In this document: in pieces, positions 1 through 8,059 of the stretch
Layout: each line of letters opens with the position of its first letter
Numbering within the stretch: position 1 is the stretch's first letter
Made by a program: the position numbers and the translations under genes
Assembly (NCBI GenBank): GCA_963727525.1
Contig: CAVSGO010000007.1
Coordinates: 224,001 to 288,000, forward strand
DNA length: 64,000 nucleotides
Reading direction: 5' to 3'
From: an uncultured bacterium
GTDB lineage: Bacteria; Krumholzibacteriota; Krumholzibacteriia; LZORAL124-64-63
Notes under the pieces: model-generated
Told to the model about the DNA's origin: nothing
The model's database searches: none
The model's input: the letters and a program-made list of their open reading frames with translations, nothing else

Positions 1-2
1 GC

Positions 3-848
3 GGACATTTCGTGCCCCTGGGCGAGGTGGCGCACCTGCGTTATGTGCGGGGCCCGCAGGTGATCAAGAGCGAGGACACGTTCCTCGTGGGCTATGTGAT
101 CTTCGACAAGCAGCCGGACGTGGCGGAGGTCGATGTCGTGGAGCAGGCGCGCGACTTCCTCGCGGCGAAGCGCGCCGCCGGCACACTGGTACTGCCCGCC
201 GGCGTGAACTACGTCTTCGCCGGCAGCTTCGAGAACCAGGTGCGCAGCCAGAAGACCCTCGCGGTGGTCATGCCGCTGGCGTTGCTGCTCATCCTGCTGG
301 TGCTGTACTTGCAGTTCAAGTCGGCCGGCACCACGATCATGGTCTTCGGCGGCATCTTCCTGGCCTGGGCCGGTGGGTTCTGGCTGATCTGGCTGTACAA
401 CCAACCGTGGTTCCTGCACGCCACGGTCTTCGGCGTGAACCTGCGCGACCTCTTCCAGATCCACACGATCAACCTGAGCGTGGCCGTGTGGGTGGGCTTC
501 ATCGCCCTGTTTGGCGTGGCCTCGGACGACGGCGTGGTGATGGCCACATACCTCGACCAGAGCTTCGCCGCGCGCCGTCCCGACACCTGCGCCGACGTGC
601 GCAGCGCCGTGATCGCCGGCGCGACGCGTCGCCTGCGGCCGGCGCTCATGACCTCGGCCACGACGATCCTGGCCCTGCTGCCCGTGCTCACCCTCACCGG
701 CCGCGGCGCCGACATCATGGTACCCATGGCCATCCCAAGTTTCGGCGGCATGTCCATGGCCCTGCTCACGCTCTTCATCGTGCCGACACTGTACTGTTGG
801 CGCGAGGAGCGCCGTCTGGCGAGCGGTGGTGCGGCTGCTGGAGCATGA
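3..848 (+). CDS. Heavy-metal efflux RND transporter (CusA/CzcA family), C-terminal part; 5' end outside window
   Basis: RND C-terminal TM repeat: GPQVIKSEDTFLVGYV, GFIALFGVASDDGVVM, RLRPALMT, MAIPSFGGM; frame open from the window edge. Confidence 0.9.
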   Translation, partial: GHFVPLGEVAHLRYVRGPQVIKSEDTFLVGYVIFDKQPDVAEVDVVEQARDFLAAKRAAGTLVLPAGVNYVFAGSFENQVRSQKTLAVVMPLALLLILLVLYLQFKSAGTTIMVFGGIFLAWAGGFWLIWLYNQPWFLHATVFGVNLRDLFQIHTINLSVAVWVGFIALFGVASDDGVVMATYLDQSFAARRPDTCADVRSAVIAGATRRLRPALMTSATTILALLPVLTLTGRGADIMVPMAIPSFGGMSMALLTLFIVPTLYCWREERRLASGGAAAGA

Positions 849-978
849 TGGCCGCGATTCTCCTCGGAGTGCGACGCCGGGGCAAGGCGGTCCGGACCTT
901 GACAGGTCCGGGCCCCGGCCTATCTATTGCCAGGAGTCGCCTTCCTCAATGGCCCGATTTGCCCCACAGGACCGTGAG

Positions 979-2286
979 ATGTTCCGAACGCTCGCCATCG
1001 TCATCGCCGCCGCGCTCGTGAGCGGCCTGCTTCCCGGGTGCGCGCACGACACGCCGCCGCATGAGCGTCCCAACGTGGTGCTCATCGTGATGGATACGGT
1101 GCGCGCCGATCACCTGCCGTTCTACGGCTATGCGCGCAACACGGCACCGTTCCTGGCGACGCTCGCGAGCCGGGGGACGGTGTGCGTCGGCACGCAGTCG
1201 ACATCGTCGTGGACGGCGCCGGCCACGGCGTCGTTGCTCACGTCGCTGCATCCGTTGCAGCATGCCGTCACTTCGGGCATCCTGGCCCAGCAGGAGCGCC
1301 AGCGTATCGATCCCCACATCACCCTGACACGCCTGCCCGAGGCCGTGGAGACCGCCGCCGAGGTCTTCCAGGAGCAAGGCTACGAGACCTGCGGGATCAC
1401 GGACAATCTGAATATCTGCGAGGGCATGGGCTTCGCCCAGGGCTTCACCACCTTCGAGAACTCGTGCGACGACGGTTCGAGCGCGGTGAACGCGCGCGTG
1501 AAGAAGTGGGCCGGGGAGCGCGACGGGGCGCGGCCGTACTTCCTCTACATCCACTACATGGATCCGCACCGACCGTACGTCGGCCATGCGCCGTGGTACA
1601 AACCCCAGAGCAATGAGCGCGAGGACTACATCGCCCGCTACGACAGCGAGATCAACCAGGTCGACCGCGCGATCCGTGGGCTCTACGAGCGCCTCGGCTG
1701 GGATCACGACACCATCGTCGTCGTCACGGCCGACCATGGCGAGGAGTTCCTCGATCATGGGGGCTGGGAGCACGCGCGTACGCTGTATCACGAGGTCACC
1801 ACGGTGCCGCTGCTGATCTTCTCTCCCGACGGGGGCGTGCAGGCGCGGCGCATCACGCAGCCCACGAGCCTGCTGGACGTGCTGCCCACGTTGCGCGAAG
1901 CGGCGGGTTTGCCGCGTGGCGTGGGGGATCTCGGCGTGTCGTTGCTGGGGGCGGCACGCGGCGAGGACGATCTGCGGTCCGACCGTACACTCTGCCTCGA
2001 TCTGCAGTGCCCGGATCGTTTCGGCGCGAGCCGGCGCAAGGCCGTGATTCGCGAGCACGAGAAGTTGATCATCACGCGGCCTGATACGCTCGAGCTGTAC
2101 GACCTGGCCACCGACCCGGCCGAGACCGTCTCCGTGGCGGCCCTGCACCCCGAGGTCGTGGCCGACCTCGTTTCGCGGCTGCAGGCATTCGAGCGCGACT
2201 GTCCGAAATACGCCAGCGACGTGGTGGCGGACACGCTCGACGCGGCCACCGTGCAGCAGCTCAAGTCGCTCGGTTACGTGCGCTGA
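979..2286 (+). CDS. Sulfatase-like hydrolase, probable lipoprotein
   Basis: PNVVLIVMDTVRADHL, SWTAPATASLLT, HYMDPH, TADHGEEF, ELYDL..DP.E, QLKSLGY; N-terminal LLPGC lipobox; start moved to ATG 979. Confidence 0.85.
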   Translation: MFRTLAIVIAAALVSGLLPGCAHDTPPHERPNVVLIVMDTVRADHLPFYGYARNTAPFLATLASRGTVCVGTQSTSSWTAPATASLLTSLHPLQHAVTSGILAQQERQRIDPHITLTRLPEAVETAAEVFQEQGYETCGITDNLNICEGMGFAQGFTTFENSCDDGSSAVNARVKKWAGERDGARPYFLYIHYMDPHRPYVGHAPWYKPQSNEREDYIARYDSEINQVDRAIRGLYERLGWDHDTIVVVTADHGEEFLDHGGWEHARTLYHEVTTVPLLIFSPDGGVQARRITQPTSLLDVLPTLREAAGLPRGVGDLGVSLLGAARGEDDLRSDRTLCLDLQCPDRFGASRRKAVIREHEKLIITRPDTLELYDLATDPAETVSVAALHPEVVADLVSRLQAFERDCPKYASDVVADTLDAATVQQLKSLGYVR

Positions 2287-2301
2287 TCGCCGTGCGCCAC
2301 G

Positions 2302-3147
2302 TCAGCGTGGCAAGCCCGCGAGAAAGGCCACGAAGTGCGAGGCAACGCGCCGCGCACCCTGGTCGTTGAGATGCCCGCCGTCCGACGAGATGGCCGGATC
2401 GAGGCAGGCCACGTCGTGACCGTCGACCCGGCAGACCGCGCCGCCCGACTCGATCGCAGCCAGGTCGAACAGCCGTCCTGAATCGCCGTAGCGTGCGCGC
2501 AGGATGTCGTTGAAGATCTGTCGACGCTCGTTCTCCGCGTAGCCGAGCGGCACCTTGCCGAGCAGCCGCTTGAGCGCGGCCCGGGGCCCCGCCTGCACGG
2601 TCGTCAGCGGCGACGTGACAGCCGCGAAGGTGGTGGACGGGAAGCGACGCGCAAGGTCGTCGAGCGTATCGCAGTAGACGGCGGCCGTCTCCCGCGGGTC
2701 GCGAGTCGTGGGAAAATCCACGTAGCACAGTTTCATGAGCGCCACGTCGATCCCAGCCTGTGCATTCTCGGCGACGACGCCGGCGAAATCAGCGCATTTC
2801 TCGAGCGGATTGCCGTTACGCCCGACCGCGAAGTGCGTGATACCCGGCGCGCCCGCCGGCGTGCGCGACTCGATGACGGGCACGTCGGCACCGGCGTCGG
2901 CGGCCAGGGCAGCCATTCCGGCCAGGATGTTGCGCCCGACGGACTGGTGCCCGAAGACGATGCGCCGGGATGCGACCGCCTGCCACTGGGCTGCGGTGAC
3001 CTGTTCCTCCGTGGTCATGGCGTTCTCCTGCTGCTGCGCGTCGCCGCAGGCCGCGATCGCGCCGATGATGGCGAGTGTCGCGACCAGGACCAGGTGGATC
3101 CGGGTGTCGGGCTTGCGGTGAGTACGGATCTTGCGAGGACCGGTCAT
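2302..3147 (-). CDS. Lipoprotein with SGNH/GDSL-like hydrolase fold
   Basis: Signal plus IAAC lipobox; FGHQSVG, MKLCYVD, DGGHLN motifs; ATG overlaps the stop of the upstream VOC gene (ATGA at 3144-3147). Confidence 0.7.
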   Translation of the reverse strand: MTGPRKIRTHRKPDTRIHLVLVATLAIIGAIAACGDAQQQENAMTTEEQVTAAQWQAVASRRIVFGHQSVGRNILAGMAALAADAGADVPVIESRTPAGAPGITHFAVGRNGNPLEKCADFAGVVAENAQAGIDVALMKLCYVDFPTTRDPRETAAVYCDTLDDLARRFPSTTFAAVTSPLTTVQAGPRAALKRLLGKVPLGYAENERRQIFNDILRARYGDSGRLFDLAAIESGGAVCRVDGHDVACLDPAISSDGGHLNDQGARRVASHFVAFLAGLPR

Positions 3148-3959
3148 GGGGCCTCCTCGGGATCCCCGCCCGTCGACGGTTGCGGCACGGCCTGGAACAC
3201 GGCGAACTCGGCATACTGCGGGTCGGCGAGGACGGCATAGCGACCGAAGCCGGGAATGTCGGTTGGCGGGCAGTACACGATGGCCTCGAGGTTCTCCGCC
3301 CGGGCGATGGACGTATTGATGTCGGCCACCGCGACGTACGGCAGCCAGTGCGCCGGGGTCTGGGCGGTGGCGCCCTCGGGGATCGATAGCATGCCGCATT
3401 CCATCCGGTCGCCCCGCAGGAAGATCCAGTACCGGCCCAGTCCCGGCATCTCGCTGACCTCGGTCCGCCAGTCGAAGAGGGCCTCGTAGAACGGGACACA
3501 CGCTTCCGGGTCGTCGGTGAGCAATTCGTGCCAGCAGAAGTAACCCGGTGGAATGGGCCGGGGCGATTCGGGTGCGAGGGGGCGAGTGCTCTCGAACGGG
3601 AGGATCACCGCGCCGCGCGGGTCCTTGACCACGGCGAATCGACCGATGTCCGGGATCCGCGTGGGACCGACGACGACCTGGCCGCCTGTGCGCGGCGCCG
3701 CGGCGATCGCCGCGTCGAGATCGTTCACCGTGACGTAGGCCATCCAGTGGGCGGCCGATCCGGCGGGCTTCGGCGCAACGAGTCCGCCTTGCAACACGGT
3801 GCCGACGCCGAACATCGGATAGGTGCCGAAATCGCCGAGATCCTGCTCGCGCCAGTTCCAGCCGCAGATGTCCCGGTAGAAACGCTGCGAGGCGAGCCGA
3901 TCGCGGGTGGCGAGTTCGAGCCAGTAGAATCGACCCTGAGAGGGCAGAGGTGGCGACAC
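3144..3959 (-). CDS. VOC/glyoxalase family protein (two domains)
   Basis: Duplicated FxWxELxT.D...FY..xGW / HWxxYVxVxD / GRFAVxxDP motifs. Confidence 0.9.
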   Translation of the reverse strand: MSPPLPSQGRFYWLELATRDRLASQRFYRDICGWNWREQDLGDFGTYPMFGVGTVLQGGLVAPKPAGSAAHWMAYVTVNDLDAAIAAAPRTGGQVVVGPTRIPDIGRFAVVKDPRGAVILPFESTRPLAPESPRPIPPGYFCWHELLTDDPEACVPFYEALFDWRTEVSEMPGLGRYWIFLRGDRMECGMLSIPEGATAQTPAHWLPYVAVADINTSIARAENLEAIVYCPPTDIPGFGRYAVLADPQYAEFAVFQAVPQPSTGGDPEEAP

Positions 3960-4064
3960 GGTGTTCCTCCAGACGGAGTCGCGTGACGCCAGCCGACGCC
4001 ACGTGTCGAACGATCACCGGAAAATCTAGTCGAGACGGGCCGGGATTGCGAATCCGGACCGTGC

Positions 4065-4092
4065 TTGACGCGGGCCGCCCTGACCCTACTCT
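4065..4092 (+). promoter_or_regulatory. Putative sigma70 promoter for xth
   Basis: TTGACG-16nt-TACTCT upstream of a GGAGG RBS and the TTG start at 4118. Confidence 0.45.
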
Positions 4093-4117
4093 GGCCGGAT
4101 GACCTGGGAGGTCCATC

Positions 4118-4870
4118 TTGCATCTCGTATCCTGGAACGTCAACGGCCTGCGGGCCTGCCTGCGCAAGGGCGGCGGCGAGTTCCTCGGGCAATGCGGCGC
4201 CGACGTGATCTGCTTGCAGGAGACACGCGCGCTGTCGGAGCAGGTCGCACTCGAATTACCGGGCTACCAGGCGCACTGGAATCCGGCCACGAAGCCCGGA
4301 TATTCGGGCGTCCTCACCCTCACCCACGACAAGCCGCTCGCCGTCACGCGAGGCCTGGGCCAGCGCGACCTCGACGGCGAGGGGCGTGTGGTGACCATCG
4401 AACTCCCCGAGATCTTCGTGGTGAACGTCTACACGCCGAACGCGCAGCGCGAGCTGGCGCGCCTCGACTATCGCACCCACACCTGGGACCCCGCTTTTCT
4501 CGCTCATTGCCGCAAGCTCGACCGGCGCAAGCCGGTCGTCTTCTGCGGTGACCTCAACGTCTCGCATCGCGAGATCGACCTCGCGAATCCCCGGGCGAAC
4601 CGGCGCAACGCCGGATTCACCGACGAGGAACGGGCCGGGTTCGACGCCATCCTAGGTGGCGGATTCCTCGACAGCTTTCGCGAATTCGAGCCCGGGGGCG
4701 GGCACTACACGTGGTGGAGCAACCGTCCCGGTGTGCGGGCGCGGAACGTGGGCTGGCGGATCGACTACGTCCTCGTGTCGCGCAAACTACGGCCGCGCCT
4801 CGTGGCCGCGAAGATCCATCCCGAGATCATGGGCTCCGATCACTGTCCGGTGTCCGTCACGCTGAGCTGA
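4118..4870 (+). CDS. xth: Exodeoxyribonuclease III (AP endonuclease)
   Basis: SWNVNGLRA, ICLQET, GYSGV, CGDLNVSH, YTWWS, GWRIDY, GSDHCPV. Confidence 0.95.
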   Translation: MHLVSWNVNGLRACLRKGGGEFLGQCGADVICLQETRALSEQVALELPGYQAHWNPATKPGYSGVLTLTHDKPLAVTRGLGQRDLDGEGRVVTIELPEIFVVNVYTPNAQRELARLDYRTHTWDPAFLAHCRKLDRRKPVVFCGDLNVSHREIDLANPRANRRNAGFTDEERAGFDAILGGGFLDSFREFEPGGGHYTWWSNRPGVRARNVGWRIDYVLVSRKLRPRLVAAKIHPEIMGSDHCPVSVTLS

Positions 4871-4908
4871 ACTTGACCCCGGCGTCGGGGCAGGGCAGAT
4901 TGAGGGCC

Positions 4909-6780
4909 GTGAGTACTTATCTACGCATGCTCCGCTGGATCCGGCCGTACCTGCCGCAGGTGGTGGCGTCGATCGCCTTCACGGTGTTCTTCTCGGTGCT
5001 ATCGGTCGTGAGCATCGGGATGCTGCAGCCTTTCCTGAAGACCATCTTCGCCACGCCGCAGACCGAGGCGGCGTTGACGGCGCCCTCGCCGCTGGACGTG
5101 ACCGGCGGCCTGGCTCGCCTGCCCGCCCTCGCGCGCGTGAAGTCGAAGGTCGAACGACTGCGCGCGAAGGTCGACGCGTCCTTGCTGAAAGGTAGCAAGA
5201 CCGACGCCCTCTGGCGCATCGTCTGGGTGTTCTTCTTTCTCTATCTGGCCAAGAACATCGCCGGTTACGCCAGCAACCTGCTCATGACCTACATCGGTCA
5301 GCGCGTCATCAAGGACATGCGCGATGCTCTCTTCGACCGCTACACACGCTTGCCGCTCGGCTTCTACCACCGACACCGCGCGGGCGAGCTGATCAGCCGG
5401 GCCACGAACGACGTGCAGATCGCGCAGATGTGCATCAACGTGAGCTTCACGAACCTGGTGCGCGATCCTGTGCTGATCGTCGCCAACCTCGGGATCTGTC
5501 TGGTCATCAGCTGGCACATGACGCTCGTGGCGCTCATCGTGCTGCCGGTATCGATGACCGTGATCGTGCAGATCGGCAAGCGATTGCGCCGCTACAGCCA
5601 TCGCCAGCAGGAGCGGCTGGCCAGCCTGACGAGCGTGCTGCAGGAGGCGGTGTACGGCATCCGCGTGGTCAAGGCTTTCGCAATGGAAGGGTTCGAGAAG
5701 CGCAAATTCCTGCATGAGAGCGAGAGCCTGTTCCGCCAGCTCTACAAGATCGCGCGCATGCAGCGGCTCAGTTCCCCACTGTCGGAGCAGCTCGCGGTCA
5801 TGGTGGGGGCGTTCATTCTCTGGTATGGCGGCAACCAGGTGCTGGCCTCGGGGCAGCTCTCGCCCGATCTGTTCATCACGTTTCTGGCGTTCCTGTTCCT
5901 GACGATGCAGCCGATCAAGGAGCTGAGCCAGGTCAACAACGCGATCCAGGAGGGGATGGCCGCGGCGGAACGCATCTTCGTCGTGCTCGACCAGCCGCCC
6001 GAGATCGGACCGGAGGATCCCCGGCCAGCGTTGTCGGCGGTGGCCGGCAGCGTGGAGTTCCAGCACGTGACGTTCGGCTACGATCCGCAAACCCCGGTGT
6101 TGCGCGACATTTGCCTCGGTGTGCAGCCCGGTCAGATCGTGGCCCTGGTGGGCGGCAGCGGAGCGGGCAAGTCGACGCTGGTCGACCTCATCCCGCGCTT
6201 CTACGATCCCCAGCAGGGGCGCATCCTCGTCGACGGACACGACATCCGCGACGTCTCGCTGGCCTCGCTACGCCGTGCGATGGGCATCGTGACGCAGGAA
6301 GTGATCCTGTTCAACGATACGGTGCGTGCCAACATCGCCTACGGGCTGGATTCCATCGACCAGGCCGCCATCGAGGCCGCGGCCCGCGCGGCCAATGCCC
6401 AGGAGTTCATTTCGCAGATGCCCCAGGGCTATGACACGCCCATCGGCGATCGCGGCACGAAACTCTCCGGCGGCCAGCGTCAGCGCATCTCCATCGCGCG
6501 CGCCATCCTCAAGAACCCGCCCATCCTGATCCTGGACGAGGCGACGAGCGCCCTGGACACCGAGAGCGAGAAGCTCGTCCAGGAAGCCATCGATCGGCTC
6601 GTCAGGGACCGTACCACCATCGTCATCGCGCACCGCCTCTCCACGATCCAGAACGCCGACCGGATCTTCGCGCTGAAGGACGGGCGCCTCGTCGAGTCCG
6701 GCACCCACGCCGAACTGCTCGCACGAGGCGGCGTCTACGCGGAGCTGCACAACCTGCAGTTTCGACGCCAGGAGCACTAG
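4909..6780 (+). CDS. ABC exporter, fused TMD+NBD (MsbA-like lipid flippase)
   Basis: N-terminal TM domain; Walker A GGSGAGKST, LSGGQRQ, ILDEATSALD; start moved to GTG 4909. Confidence 0.9.
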   Translation: MSTYLRMLRWIRPYLPQVVASIAFTVFFSVLSVVSIGMLQPFLKTIFATPQTEAALTAPSPLDVTGGLARLPALARVKSKVERLRAKVDASLLKGSKTDALWRIVWVFFFLYLAKNIAGYASNLLMTYIGQRVIKDMRDALFDRYTRLPLGFYHRHRAGELISRATNDVQIAQMCINVSFTNLVRDPVLIVANLGICLVISWHMTLVALIVLPVSMTVIVQIGKRLRRYSHRQQERLASLTSVLQEAVYGIRVVKAFAMEGFEKRKFLHESESLFRQLYKIARMQRLSSPLSEQLAVMVGAFILWYGGNQVLASGQLSPDLFITFLAFLFLTMQPIKELSQVNNAIQEGMAAAERIFVVLDQPPEIGPEDPRPALSAVAGSVEFQHVTFGYDPQTPVLRDICLGVQPGQIVALVGGSGAGKSTLVDLIPRFYDPQQGRILVDGHDIRDVSLASLRRAMGIVTQEVILFNDTVRANIAYGLDSIDQAAIEAAARAANAQEFISQMPQGYDTPIGDRGTKLSGGQRQRISIARAILKNPPILILDEATSALDTESEKLVQEAIDRLVRDRTTIVIAHRLSTIQNADRIFALKDGRLVESGTHAELLARGGVYAELHNLQFRRQEH

Positions 6781-6782
6781 GC

Positions 6783-7937
6783 GTGGTCGTCGCGGATACG
6801 GCCTGTCCCGGGCGCCTGCTCGTGACCAACACGAGCCGCAGCTGGGGCGGCAACGAGTACTGGGCGGTTCAGCTGGCCGCCGGCCTCGCGCGGCGCGGCC
6901 ACGATGTGCTGTTCGTGTGGGGATATTCCGTGGTCGGCGAGCGCGTGCAAGCCGCCGGACTGGCCGGACGGAACGTGCGGCTGCGCGGCGACGGCGACGT
7001 GCTCGGTATGGCGGCGCTGGCCGGCGCCATGAGCCGCTTCCGCCCCGACGCGGTGCTGCTGACGAAATGGCGGGAGTACCTTCTGGGAGGCCTCGCCGCG
7101 CGCGCGCGGCCGGGCCGGCGTCCCCGCGTGGTCACGAACATCAGCCTGGCGCAGTCGTCGCGGCCGGATGCCAAGCGCCGCCTCATCATGGGCCTGGCCG
7201 ACCGGATCCTGGTCAACGCCGACGAGGTGCGCGACAGCCTCGTCGCGACCGGCTGGGTCGCGGCGGACAAGATCACCGTCGTCGTCAACGGCCTGGATGT
7301 CGCGTCACGACGTCCGCGCTGGCATCCCGACGCGCTGGCGGCCGGGCAGGCGCTGCGGCGCGCCCTCGGCATCCCCGCGGGAGCCCCGCTGCTCGTGAAC
7401 GTGGCCAACCTCACGCCGCAGAAGGACCAGGCCACACTCTTGCGCGCGGCGGCGCGTCTGCGCGCCCGCTGGCCTCAGCTTCGGGTGCTCATCCTGGGCG
7501 AGGGCATGCTGCGCGGGGAGCTGACGGCGCTCGTGACGCGCCTCGCCCTGACCGACTGCGTGCTCATGCCCGGCTTCGTGTCCGACGTATGGCCTGCCCT
7601 CGCGGCGGCGGATCTCTGCGTCCTGTCCTCGAATAACGAGGGGATGCCCTGGTCGCTGATCGAGGCCGATACCGCGGGACTGCCGGCGGTGGCGACGGAC
7701 GTACCCGGCGCACGGACGTGCGTCGAGGACGGGCAGAGCGGCTGCATCGTGCCGGTAGGCGATGACGCGGCCGTGGCGGACGCCGTCGCTGTGCTCCTCG
7801 CCGATGCACCCCGCCGCGAGGCCATGGGGCATGCCGCCCGGCGGCTCGCCGAAGCCAGGTTCACCGAGGCCCGCATGCTCGACGAGACCGCGCGCGTGCT
7901 CTTCGGCCCGATCGCCCCCGAAAACCAGGCTCAATAA
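6783..7937 (+). CDS. Glycosyltransferase family 4 (GT-B)
   Basis: WGGNE, VANLTPQKDQ, SNNEGMPWSLIEA, VATDVPG; 2 nt after the ABC gene. Confidence 0.9.
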   Translation: MVVADTACPGRLLVTNTSRSWGGNEYWAVQLAAGLARRGHDVLFVWGYSVVGERVQAAGLAGRNVRLRGDGDVLGMAALAGAMSRFRPDAVLLTKWREYLLGGLAARARPGRRPRVVTNISLAQSSRPDAKRRLIMGLADRILVNADEVRDSLVATGWVAADKITVVVNGLDVASRRPRWHPDALAAGQALRRALGIPAGAPLLVNVANLTPQKDQATLLRAAARLRARWPQLRVLILGEGMLRGELTALVTRLALTDCVLMPGFVSDVWPALAAADLCVLSSNNEGMPWSLIEADTAGLPAVATDVPGARTCVEDGQSGCIVPVGDDAAVADAVAVLLADAPRREAMGHAARRLAEARFTEARMLDETARVLFGPIAPENQAQ

Positions 7938-8059
7938 GATCCCTATCGTGCCGATAGGAGCGGAGAACCGATCGGTCCTGCGGGACCGGGGTCCCGCGAC
8001 CCCTGGACGCCACGTCCCGGGTCTCCGTATCCTGGGTCTCTTCGCCCAGCGAGGTTGCC

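Noticed and set aside
3148-4167. N-terminal extension of the 621-aa ORF 2302-4167
   Set aside because: It is an Arg-rich alternative frame over the VOC gene. The real gene starts at ATG 3147 with a lipoprotein signal.
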